11,072 nt of DNA from Promethearchaeota archaeon (GCA_019058015.1 JAHLWH010000021.1:1-11072), one strand, 5' to 3'. Positions 1-7,366 are shown, numbered from the stretch's first letter. Notes: generated by a model from the sequence alone, not told the origin. Made by a program: numbers and translations.

Positions 1-371
1 GAATCAGGGTATAATTCTAAAAACAATATTGGTTCAATTGCGTTTTTTATTACCATTGATATTTCTTTTTCCCTTCTTCCTGGAGCCGGCCTCTTTCTTT
101 CAGAGACACTAAAGGTTGTCATCCTATAAAAAGTTCTTAAGATGCCCTTATCTGGATGAGCATCATGTCTAGGGTGAACTTCTCTTGGTCCATACACAGC
201 AGCATAAATCTTATTTCCACCCCATTCAATATAAGCACTTCCATCTGCATTTGGAATTACTCCAACTTCCATTTTAATAGATCTTAATTCATTTAAGTCT
301 CTACCGTCTAGCCTTTTACCATCTTCTCCTATCAACTTTTCTGGAGATTCATCCTTAATTAATAAAACCAT
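1..371 (-). CDS. rrp41: Exosome complex exonuclease Rrp41 (RNase PH family), N-terminal part; truncated by the left window edge
   Basis: Not in the ORF track. Manual translation from ATG at 371-369: [69 protein letters not shown]...[28 protein letters not shown]...LELYPD. RLDGR, ADGSAY, VYGPRE and RREKEIS are Rrp41 hallmarks. The ATG overlaps the rrp4 stop (TAATG). Confidence 0.96.
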   Translation of the reverse strand, partial: MVLLIKDESPEKLIGEDGKRLDGRDLNELRSIKMEVGVIPNADGSAYIEWGGNKIYAAVYGPREVHPRHDAHPDKGILRTFYRMTTFSVSERKRPAPGRREKEISMVIKNAIEPILFLELYPD

Positions 372-1138
372 TAATTTATACCTCTTTTTGTCTTTTCATT
401 TATAATATATTCCTTAATTCTATCTGTTAAACCAGAAGTATGTGCTTCTGCTTCAATTTTGTGGATTGTATCAATTAATAACATTTCATGCTCAAAATTA
501 TCCCCCTGTATCCAGATCCTTCCATTTTGAGTTACAAAAATATTGCAATTAGTCATATTTTTTAATAGATTAATCATAGATCCTTTTCGTCCTATAATTC
601 TTGGTATTTTGGGGGGAGGGATTTCTATAAGTTTTCCTGTATTTCGTTTACCTAAATATTTCCCTTGAGTTGTTAACTCTGGATGATGTAATCTATCCGC
701 TTGTGTGATTTTTACTATTAGTACATCACCAACATTGAATTTTTGAGTTGTTTCATATGCTCTGTCAGGTTTTCCTTTTCTGAATTTTTGAGTTCTCTCA
801 ACTGTATTAGATGGTTTTAAAATTCCATAATATCTTGCATTGATATCTAATTTCCATTTTACAGGATTTTTATCTACTATTACGCCAATAACCTTATCGC
901 CCTCAGTAGGAGTATATATTCCACGTAATGGAATAACATTAATATAATTCTTTCTAATAACTTTAAGCCCTACAAATAAAGAGATAATTTTATTGCCTTG
1001 TTTTGTAGTACCTCTTCCTGGAGAAAAATTATTTAAATCTTCGGATAAAACTTCTCCTGGAATAACTATTTTTTCTTTCATTTGATTAATATCAATTTCG
1101 TCAGTGTCTTCAACTTCCACAGTTAAATCACCTTCCAT
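371..1138 (-). CDS. rrp4: Exosome complex RNA-binding protein Rrp4 (N-terminal, S1 and KH domains)
   Basis: [21 protein letters not shown] (S1), [13 protein letters not shown] (KH GxxG), [18 protein letters not shown]; lies directly upstream of rrp41. The start could instead be Met20. Confidence 0.95.
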   Translation of the reverse strand: MEGDLTVEVEDTDEIDINQMKEKIVIPGEVLSEDLNNFSPGRGTTKQGNKIISLFVGLKVIRKNYINVIPLRGIYTPTEGDKVIGVIVDKNPVKWKLDINARYYGILKPSNTVERTQKFRKGKPDRAYETTQKFNVGDVLIVKITQADRLHHPELTTQGKYLGKRNTGKLIEIPPPKIPRIIGRKGSMINLLKNMTNCNIFVTQNGRIWIQGDNFEHEMLLIDTIHKIEAEAHTSGLTDRIKEYIINEKTKRGIN

Positions 1139-1214
1139 TTTTTTTATTAATTGTTTTCTAAGAAAAAGTAATAATAAATTCTACATAAAGATCCGTTGCT
1201 GATTCTATATCAGA

Positions 1215-2006
1215 TTATTTCAATGGTTTTATTTGTACTCGTCCATGGGTTAATTTATTTATTTTATTTAAAAATTCAGCTTGCAAGCCTGCAGGAAGAT
1301 CAATTATTGATACCCAAGATCCATCAGATTGCCATTCTTCTTTTTTTATAGTGCCATATCTAGCGACCATATTATAACCTTTTGCGGCAAAAGATGAAGG
1401 TATTTTTATTGCCAATTGTACTTGTTCGATTCGAATTGGGATGATTGACCGAATTGCTTTTACAATATCTTCTACTTGCTCTTCAGCATTCTTCATGATA
1501 TCAATTTTTACTTTAGCTTGTTCAATTGCTTTTTCAATTCTTTCTGGAGGATGAGGCTTCTTATTTTGGGGATTAATTGCATTTTTTGCTATTAAATTTA
1601 TAATTTGTTTCATTTTCTTTTGAGATTCCTCTTCCCTTTGCTTTTGAGTCCATTGAATTTGACCATTTAATAGAATTTCAGCTCCTATTCTTATGGGATC
1701 TGTTGTTTGAAGTAAATCTTGCATATCTGAATCAAGGGCTTTCTTACCTCTTTTTAAATCTTCAAAAACAGCAAAACTCTCAAAAATTAAATCTAGATTA
1801 ATACCTTGAAATTTTAATAGATCATCAACAGTCAACCGTGTTTGACTATCTCCTTTTTTTAATTTTTTTTCAATTTCTTCTCTGATTTTCTTTTTAACAG
1901 CCCAGGCTTTTTCAGGATCTAAAAGCATTTCAAATCTTTTATTGCCTTTTTCAATTCTTCCAATGATATGATTTCCAAATTCGATTCTAGCTCGGTCTCT
2001 AATCAT
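1215..2006 (-). CDS. sdo1: Ribosome maturation protein SBDS/Sdo1 family
   Basis: KRFEMLLDP, AINPQNKKPHPPERIEKAI, IPIRIE, KEEWQSDGSW, LPAGLQ, LTHG; usual position between psmA and rrp4. Confidence 0.95.
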   Translation of the reverse strand: MIRDRARIEFGNHIIGRIEKGNKRFEMLLDPEKAWAVKKKIREEIEKKLKKGDSQTRLTVDDLLKFQGINLDLIFESFAVFEDLKRGKKALDSDMQDLLQTTDPIRIGAEILLNGQIQWTQKQREEESQKKMKQIINLIAKNAINPQNKKPHPPERIEKAIEQAKVKIDIMKNAEEQVEDIVKAIRSIIPIRIEQVQLAIKIPSSFAAKGYNMVARYGTIKKEEWQSDGSWVSIIDLPAGLQAEFLNKINKLTHGRVQIKPLK

Positions 2007-2093
2007 TTTCTTTTTTTAAATTAATAAAATTATACCTTTAAAACTTCTAGATATTGCCAATCAAAACTTAGAATAAAATTATTGTGATTTTTT

Positions 2094-2807
2094 TTAGACT
2101 TTATTTAATAATTCCTTCTTTTCTTTCTCGTTTATCATCCTAAATAAACGATCGTCCCTCATAATTACTCCAATATCAAATGTATTAAGGTTTAAATCAT
2201 CACCCATCATCTCGCGTAGAGCTTTTAATGGGAGGAGTAATAATTCTTCATCACTCAAATTATCTTTATAATTTTTTTCTAAAAAAGCTCGAGTTTCTAT
2301 AGATCCACTACCAATTGCTTGAGCTTTATAACCCCAAGACGCCCCCGAAGGGTCGGTTAAATAAATTGAGGGACCATTCGAATCAACACCACCGATTAGA
2401 AAAGATACTCCAAATGGTCTTACGCCAGCATTTTGGGTATATGCTTGTTTAAATTCACAAATATGTAACGTTACATCTTTCACAGAGATTTTTTCATCAT
2501 AACTCAAAATATATACTTGACTTTGAATTCGTGCTTTATCAATTAAAACACGAGCGTCAGCGGTTAAACCACTAATCGCAATTCCAATATGATCATCAAT
2601 CTTAAAGATTTTTTCAGAACCCCATGGTTCTTGAAGTTTAGAAAATTTTTTCTCTACAGCAAATACTACTGACTCATCATTTTTACAAACAATTGCAGTA
2701 GTACCTCGGCGTACAGCCTCTATTGCATATTCTACTTGGAATAATCTCCCTTCAGGAGAAAATTGTGTTATTGCCATATCATACCCTTTTCCCGGCTGAG
2801 CAAACAT
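2094..2807 (-). CDS. psmA: Proteasome subunit alpha
   Basis: GYDMAITQFSPEGRLFQVEYA alpha signature, KIFKIDDHIGIAISGLTADARVL, YTQ..GVRPFGVS, TDPSG, AIGSG; upstream GGAGG. Confidence 0.97.
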   Translation of the reverse strand: MFAQPGKGYDMAITQFSPEGRLFQVEYAIEAVRRGTTAIVCKNDESVVFAVEKKFSKLQEPWGSEKIFKIDDHIGIAISGLTADARVLIDKARIQSQVYILSYDEKISVKDVTLHICEFKQAYTQNAGVRPFGVSFLIGGVDSNGPSIYLTDPSGASWGYKAQAIGSGSIETRAFLEKNYKDNLSDEELLLLPLKALREMMGDDLNLNTFDIGVIMRDDRLFRMINEKEKKELLNKV

Positions 2808-2817
2808 ATATAATTTT

Positions 2818-2822
2818 CCTCC
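2818..2822 (-). promoter_or_regulatory. Shine-Dalgarno GGAGG for psmA
   Basis: cctcc on + (GGAGG on -), 10 nt before the ATG at 2807. Confidence 0.7.
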
Positions 2823-3125
2823 AAATTTTAATTTTTAAAATTATTATTAATTTTTCTCAGATTTTTTTATTACTTTTTCTTATTAAGGGATTAAATAAAT
2901 TAAAAAATTTAAAATTTTTTAAAATAAAATATAAAAACATCTTTGATTTTGAAGTTAAGATATATGTGGATCAATTCTTTCAAAATTTCTTTTCTTCCTT
3001 AGATAAATATCAATTAATAAAAATATATTAATAACATTATGGAATTCAATCGTAAAAAGAACAGAGAGAGAAATGAAAATTGGAAGGTATATTAAAAGAG
3101 AAAGACAATATATGTGGTTTGTGAA

Positions 3126-3503
3126 TTAATTTTCCCAAACTTGCTTATTAATCATTATAGACCATTCAATTAGAAGTAAATCTTTACTTTCTTCAATGTG
3201 GGTAATAAAATATTCTCCCTCAGGAGTGATTGAACCGCATATACTGCCTTCTCCGTGCGTGTTTTTTGCCGCTAACTGGATTTCAGCCCATTTTACAATT
3301 GCAAAACGATTTCTCATAAAAATTAGAAATGATTTTTTGTATTTCCAAGAAGTTAGTATTTCTTTTGCTTCAATTTCACTTAAATCAAAATTTTCCGATT
3401 TAAAAATAATATTTCCTGAGGAATCTAGTAGAAAGATTTCTTTTATTTCATCGTATTCCTTCTTTAATTTATCAACGAGTTGAATAAACTTTGATTCGTT
3501 CAA
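3126..3503 (-). CDS. Asgard profilin-like protein (profilin fold, 125 aa)
   Basis: Pattern IFLLDSSGNIIFKSENFDL...SW...SFLIFMRNRFAIV...LAAKNTHGEGSICG resembles Loki/Odin profilins as I recall them (G-x-II-x-x-x-x-N-W, SI.IQG.KY.., TN.xG.GH). The length fits. TTG start is preceded by GAGGA. Confidence 0.7.
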   Translation of the reverse strand: MNESKFIQLVDKLKKEYDEIKEIFLLDSSGNIIFKSENFDLSEIEAKEILTSWKYKKSFLIFMRNRFAIVKWAEIQLAAKNTHGEGSICGSITPEGEYFITHIEESKDLLLIEWSIMINKQVWEN

Positions 3504-3574
3504 ATTAATTCCTCGAAATTATATTAATTTTATACAAAAATTTCTTTAAAAATGTAGGTTTATTTTACTTAAAG

Positions 3575-4357
3575 ATGGTTCAAAAATTTATTTTAGCCGA
3601 AAAAATTTATAGTTATGATCCAAATTTTAATTTTAATCCCCTCTTTCAGAAATATTTACAAATGTTATCTAATGAAATGGGAGAATTGGATATAAATATC
3701 GAAATTGAAGCTTTTAGAAAACAAGAAAATCGTCTTGAAATAAAGATTGAAGGACAAGATGAGGAATTCTTTAAAAATTTATTAAAACATAAAATTGGCT
3801 CAACAATTAGATTTAATCAAATTCATAAAGGAGATGTTTTAAAAGGATATTTAATCGATGTAAAAAAAGTTGGTTTTGGTATTTTTATTGATTGTAGTAT
3901 TAGATATCCAACAACCGATGTATTAATTAATCTTCACACTCTTAGAAATCAATTATGCAGAGGTAAAAAAATTCCACTCAGAAAGATAATAGACTTATTT
4001 GGTTTCATTGATAACTTCCCAATACATGTAAAAATTAAAGAGATTTCTCAAAGTGAGAAAAATATTCAGGGATTAATTGGTAAAGACACATTAGAAATGA
4101 TAAATAATTGGTTTTATGATAAATTAGAAAGAGTTTTTGTTTCTGGCTCTACTAGAGCTCAAGTTAAAAAAGCAATAGCAATAACAGGTCATTCCCAAGA
4201 TGTGATAACAATAAAAAAATTAGGGTTCTTAGAAAATATCATTATTCTTAAAGAAGACACAAACGCACCTGGTATTATTGCTCATATCGGAAAAAAATTA
4301 AAATTCTCAAAACTAAGTGCAATCAGACCTCTAAAATTGAGGAAATTATTGAACTAG
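3575..4357 (+). CDS. DUF2110-family protein (archaeal, with an S1/OB-like segment)
   Basis: EIKIEGQDEEFFKNLL, GDVLKGYLIDVKKVGFGIFID, FGFIDNFP, AITGHSQDVI..KKLGFLE, DTNAPGIIAHIG; 260 aa clean ORF. Confidence 0.75.
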   Translation: MVQKFILAEKIYSYDPNFNFNPLFQKYLQMLSNEMGELDINIEIEAFRKQENRLEIKIEGQDEEFFKNLLKHKIGSTIRFNQIHKGDVLKGYLIDVKKVGFGIFIDCSIRYPTTDVLINLHTLRNQLCRGKKIPLRKIIDLFGFIDNFPIHVKIKEISQSEKNIQGLIGKDTLEMINNWFYDKLERVFVSGSTRAQVKKAIAITGHSQDVITIKKLGFLENIIILKEDTNAPGIIAHIGKKLKFSKLSAIRPLKLRKLLN

Positions 4358-4370
4358 GTTAGATTTATAG

Positions 4371-4442
4371 TGAGCCCGGAGGGAATTGAACCCTCGATTT
4401 CCAGGGTGTAAACCTGGCATCATACCTCTAGATCACGGGCTC
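4371..4442 (-). tRNA. tRNA-Val (anticodon TAC)
   Basis: Reverse complement: acceptor GAGCCCG/CGGGCTC, discriminator A, anticodon arm CCAGG-TTTACAC-CCTGG, T arm GAGGG-TTCAATT-CCCTC; 72 nt, no encoded CCA. Confidence 0.95.
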
Positions 4443-4480
4443 TATCTGCTTCTTTTCAAAAAATCTTTAATTAATCTAGA

Positions 4481-4490
4481 CTATATAAAA
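4481..4490 (-). promoter_or_regulatory. Putative TATA box for tRNA-Val
   Basis: TTTTATATAG on the - strand, ending 38 nt before the mature 5' end. Confidence 0.5.
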
Positions 4491-4531
4491 CTAAATAATA
4501 AAAAACTTTTATTATTATTACTTAAGAATAG

Positions 4532-4538
4532 TTTTAAG
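4532..4538 (+). promoter_or_regulatory. Putative TATA-like box for tRNA-Ser(GCT)
   Basis: TTTTAAG ending 37 nt before the mature 5' end. Other TTAAG copies nearby make the assignment uncertain. Confidence 0.35.
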
Positions 4539-4575
4539 TTATCTTAAGTTTTAAGAAACGAGAATATTTTCGGTT

Positions 4576-4660
4576 GCAGCCGTCGCGTAGCCTGGTAGCG
4601 CGCTGGACTGCTAATCCAGTGGGGAAACCTGCGTGGGTTCAAATCCCACCGGCTGCGCCA
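4576..4660 (+). tRNA. tRNA-Ser (anticodon GCT), with encoded CCA
   Basis: Acceptor GCAGCCG/CGGCTGC, discriminator G, then CCA; anticodon arm CTGGA-CTGCTAA-TCCAG; long variable arm; T arm GTGGG-TTCAAAT-CCCAC. Confidence 0.96.
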
Positions 4661-4844
4661 AAACTCCAAAACCATTTATATCTTTACCAAAACTTATCGC
4701 ATTCTAAATTAATGCTATACCAAAAATATACACTTACCATCGTGCAAATATCTTTTTACTCCTTGATAAATAATAGATATGATCTTATTATTAATTCATA
4801 ATTTTTCAAAAGATAAAATAAAAAATTGGGAATATTGAAAAAAA

Positions 4845-5321
4845 TTATTCAGTAATTATTTCGAATACCATTTTTTCAATGATTGGTTTTTTTGTTGTCC
4901 GTTTATCGTAATACCAACCTAAAAATGAACCTTTATTATCATTGTCTTCGAGTTTTGGGCAAACTATAATCATGACACCCATAGAAAGATAGTTGAGAAT
5001 CTGTTTATCAATCATATGAAGTTTCTCATTTCCTGAAGGATGTGAATGCCACTCCCAAGCTATGTCGATTCCTTCATCTTGTTTAAACTTACGCATATTG
5101 TAGATTTTCGCTTTTTTATATCTCATCCAGCTTCTCGGCCGTTTATGTGCTTTCGACCTCATTTTTTCATTTTCAACGTGAATTCTATTAATAATCCCGA
5201 AATTTCCTCTTCTATCAGCAAAGACCCAACCACGCAATATGTAGGGCAATGCATCAGAGACTTTTTGTATGATATCATCGTAAATCTTCTCGGGAATTAA
5301 ATATCTAAAATTATCTGCCAT
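4845..5321 (-). CDS. JAB/MPN (Mov34/PAD-1)-domain protein with an atypical JAMM motif
   Basis: WEWHSHPSGNEKLHMID (H92-x-H94-x10-D105), N-terminal IPEKIYDDI...ALPY and C-terminal MIIV strand typical of prokaryotic JAB proteins; GGAGG at 5328-5332. Confidence 0.75.
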   Translation of the reverse strand: MADNFRYLIPEKIYDDIIQKVSDALPYILRGWVFADRRGNFGIINRIHVENEKMRSKAHKRPRSWMRYKKAKIYNMRKFKQDEGIDIAWEWHSHPSGNEKLHMIDKQILNYLSMGVMIIVCPKLEDNDNKGSFLGWYYDKRTTKKPIIEKMVFEIITE

Positions 5322-5327
5322 TGTAAT

Positions 5328-5332
5328 CCTCC
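5328..5332 (-). promoter_or_regulatory. Shine-Dalgarno GGAGG for the JAB-domain gene
   Basis: cctcc on +, 6 nt before the ATG at 5321. Confidence 0.7.
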
Positions 5333-5565
5333 ATTTTCACATTAAATAATGAAAGATAGAATAAATAATTTTTGAGAAAATTTAGAAATTTGGAAAGTTT
5401 AAGCAATTTATATCTTAAATGGTTAAATCCGCTTTAGTCAATATCATTTTTCTAAAATCATTATTTCTATGTAAAAGGTATTTTATGATTATTTTTTGTT
5501 TATATCTTTATCAAAGAGTTAAAAAAACAAAAATAAATTTAAGTTATTATTAATTTTAAGTAAAT

Positions 5566-5647
5566 GCAGATGTAGCCTAGTGGTAAGACGCTGGCCTTGA
5601 GAGCCAGTGCGCGTAAGCGCTCGGGGGTTCAAGTCCCTCCATCTGCG
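5566..5647 (+). tRNA. tRNA-Ser (anticodon TGA)
   Basis: Acceptor GCAGATG/CATCTGC, discriminator G, anticodon arm CTGGC-CTTGAGA-GCCAG, variable arm GCGC-GTAA-GCGC, T arm GGGGG-TTCAAGT-CCCTC. Confidence 0.95.
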
Positions 5648-5664
5648 TTCAATTGGAAGTAAAT

Positions 5665-5768
5665 GGGCTATTAGCGCAGTCAGGTAGCGCAGCGGACTCT
5701 TAATCCGTCGGTCGGGGGTTCGAAAAAAAAGGGCATCTCGCGCTTTTTAGGATTTCCCTCATAGCCCG
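5665..5768 (+). tRNA. tRNA-Lys (anticodon CTT) with a 30-nt intron in the T-loop; exons 5665-5724 and 5755-5768
   Basis: Acceptor GGGCTAT/ATAGCCC, discriminator G, D stem GCGC/GCGC, anticodon arm GCGGA-CTCTTAA-TCCGT, T stem GGGGG/CCCTC enclosing 37 nt instead of 7. Removing 5725-5754 gives the loop TTCGAAT and a 74-nt tRNA. Confidence 0.9.
5725..5754 (+). other. Non-canonical tRNA intron at position 59/60 (BHB type)
   Basis: Central helix TTCG(5719-22)/AGGA(5749-52) with 3 of 4 pairs; bulges AAA(5723-25) and TTT(5753-55); flanking helices AAAAAG/CTTTTT and the T stem. Confidence 0.8.
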
Positions 5769-5829
5769 CATAACCCGAATTTAATAATTAATAAAATTAT
5801 CATCTAAAATTTGCTTAAAGGTTAATAAT

Positions 5830-7323
5830 ATGGATTCAATAAAAGAATTACGTGAACATTTTACTGAAATTTTGCGTTTAAAATATATTGCTTGCTTATT
5901 AGAATGGGATATGAAAGTATATATGCCTCCAGGTGCAAGTCAAGGTCGAGGTGAACAAAGTGCCCTGCTTGAGGGAATTATTCACCAGAAGTTAGTTTCT
6001 GATAAGACAGCAGAAATAATAAAGAAGGCTGAGGGAGTATCTAACCCAAATTTAATTGATGCTGCCATGCTCAGAGAAGCAAAAAGAGATTATGATAGAG
6101 CAGTAAGAGTTCCTTTCGAATTGGTCAAGGAAATCGCTAAAACAACTACTCTAGGGTATAAGACTTGGGAAAAAGCAAGAGCTAAAAGTGATTTTAAAAT
6201 GTTTAAACCAGTATTAGAAAAATTGGTTTCATTAAAACAGCAAGAGGCTGACAAAATTGATATCGGACCAACGCGTTATGATACAATGCTTGATCAATTC
6301 GAACCGGGTGCTAAATCTGATTGGGTTTTAAAAATTTTTAACGATTTAAAGCCACATTTGATAAGAATAATTAAAAAGCTTGATTCTTCAAGTAATAAAC
6401 CTAACCAAGAAATTCTTAAAAAATTTTATGATCCAGAAAAACAATGGGATTTTAGCGTTGAAGTACTTAAAAAGCTAAATTATAGTTTTGAGTTTGGTCG
6501 CCAGGATAAATCAACCCATCCTTTTACGACTTCTTTATCATCGACAGATACAAGAATTACCACTCGTATTTGGGAAAATTTCCTACCAGCATGTCTTTTT
6601 GGAACTATTCATGAATGTGGACACGCATTATATGAGATGGGTTTTGATAATGAAATTCATGATACTATACTTGCTGATGGAACTTCACTTGGGATTCATG
6701 AATCTCAATCAAGATTATGGGAGAATATGGTGGGACGCAGCCGTGAATTTTGGAGGCATTGGTATCCAATTTTGCAAAAATATTTTCCGGAAAACCTTAA
6801 GAAATTTCCCGAAGAGGAATTTTACCGCTCGATTAATTCAGTTCAACCCTCATTAATTAGAGTTGAAGCAGATGAGGTAACCTATTCCTTACATATAATT
6901 CTTCGTTATGAAATAGAAAAAGAGCTAATAGAAGAAAGTATTATGGTTTCGGAATTGCCACAATTATGGAATCAAAAAATGGAGGAGTTATTAGGTATAA
7001 TACCCCCTGACGATGCAAAAGGTGTTCTGCAAGATGTTCATTGGTCAGGAGGGGGTTTTGGCTACTTTCCTACGTACGCCTTGGGAAATCTCTATGGTGC
7101 CCAATTCTATTCAAAAACGTTAGAAAAACATCCAAATCTTCCTGAAGAATTTGAAAAAGGAGAATTTTCAACATTGCTTTCTTATTTACGAGAAAATATT
7201 CATCAATATGGAAAGATTTATGAGCCACATGATTTATTAAAGAAAGTAACTGGAGAAGATTTAAACTCCAAATATTTCATAGAATATTTAGAGAGAAAAT
7301 TTTATCCAATTTATAAAATCTAA
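5830..7323 (+). CDS. M32 family metallocarboxypeptidase (carboxypeptidase Taq type)
   Basis: HPF, DTRITT, HECGH (HExxH), HESQS, IRVEADE, GVLQDVHW, GYFPTYALG; 497 aa. Confidence 0.97.
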   Translation: MDSIKELREHFTEILRLKYIACLLEWDMKVYMPPGASQGRGEQSALLEGIIHQKLVSDKTAEIIKKAEGVSNPNLIDAAMLREAKRDYDRAVRVPFELVKEIAKTTTLGYKTWEKARAKSDFKMFKPVLEKLVSLKQQEADKIDIGPTRYDTMLDQFEPGAKSDWVLKIFNDLKPHLIRIIKKLDSSSNKPNQEILKKFYDPEKQWDFSVEVLKKLNYSFEFGRQDKSTHPFTTSLSSTDTRITTRIWENFLPACLFGTIHECGHALYEMGFDNEIHDTILADGTSLGIHESQSRLWENMVGRSREFWRHWYPILQKYFPENLKKFPEEEFYRSINSVQPSLIRVEADEVTYSLHIILRYEIEKELIEESIMVSELPQLWNQKMEELLGIIPPDDAKGVLQDVHWSGGGFGYFPTYALGNLYGAQFYSKTLEKHPNLPEEFEKGEFSTLLSYLRENIHQYGKIYEPHDLLKKVTGEDLNSKYFIEYLERKFYPIYKI

Positions 7324-7352
7324 TTTTTTCTTTATTTTTTGTAAAAAATAGA
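7324..7352. terminator. Putative bidirectional oligo-T terminator between convergent genes
   Basis: TTTTTTCTTTATTTTTT on + right after the M32 stop, followed by AAAAAATAG (T-tract on -). Confidence 0.45.
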
Positions 7353-7366
7353 AATTAATAGTAAAT

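Noticed and set aside
2723-3031. 102-aa + strand ORF
   Set aside because: It overlaps the psmA start antisense and is a low-complexity F/I/K/L translation of AT-rich intergenic DNA.
3039-3129. Two overlapping 18-codon + strand ORFs (MEFNRKK..., MKIGRY...)
   Set aside because: No support; better explained as the complement of a pyrimidine-rich 3' region of the profilin-like gene.
3196-3483. 95-aa + strand ORF
   Set aside because: Antisense shadow of the profilin-like gene.
4574-4801. 75-aa ORF
   Set aside because: It overlaps tRNA-Ser(GCT) almost from its first base and has no protein motif.
5046-5300. 84-aa + strand ORF
   Set aside because: Antisense shadow of the JAB gene.
4661-5565. JAB gene as a tRNA-integrated mobile element
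   Set aside because: No integrase, no duplicated tRNA 3' end (att site) and no terminal repeats were seen; both flanking tRNAs are complete and different.
5566-5647. Possible tRNA-Sec or suppressor tRNA
   Set aside because: The anticodon is TGA (reads UCA), not TCA, and the 7/5 acceptor/T-stem geometry is normal.
6488-6856. 122-aa alternative-frame ORF
   Set aside because: It lies inside the intact M32 peptidase gene.
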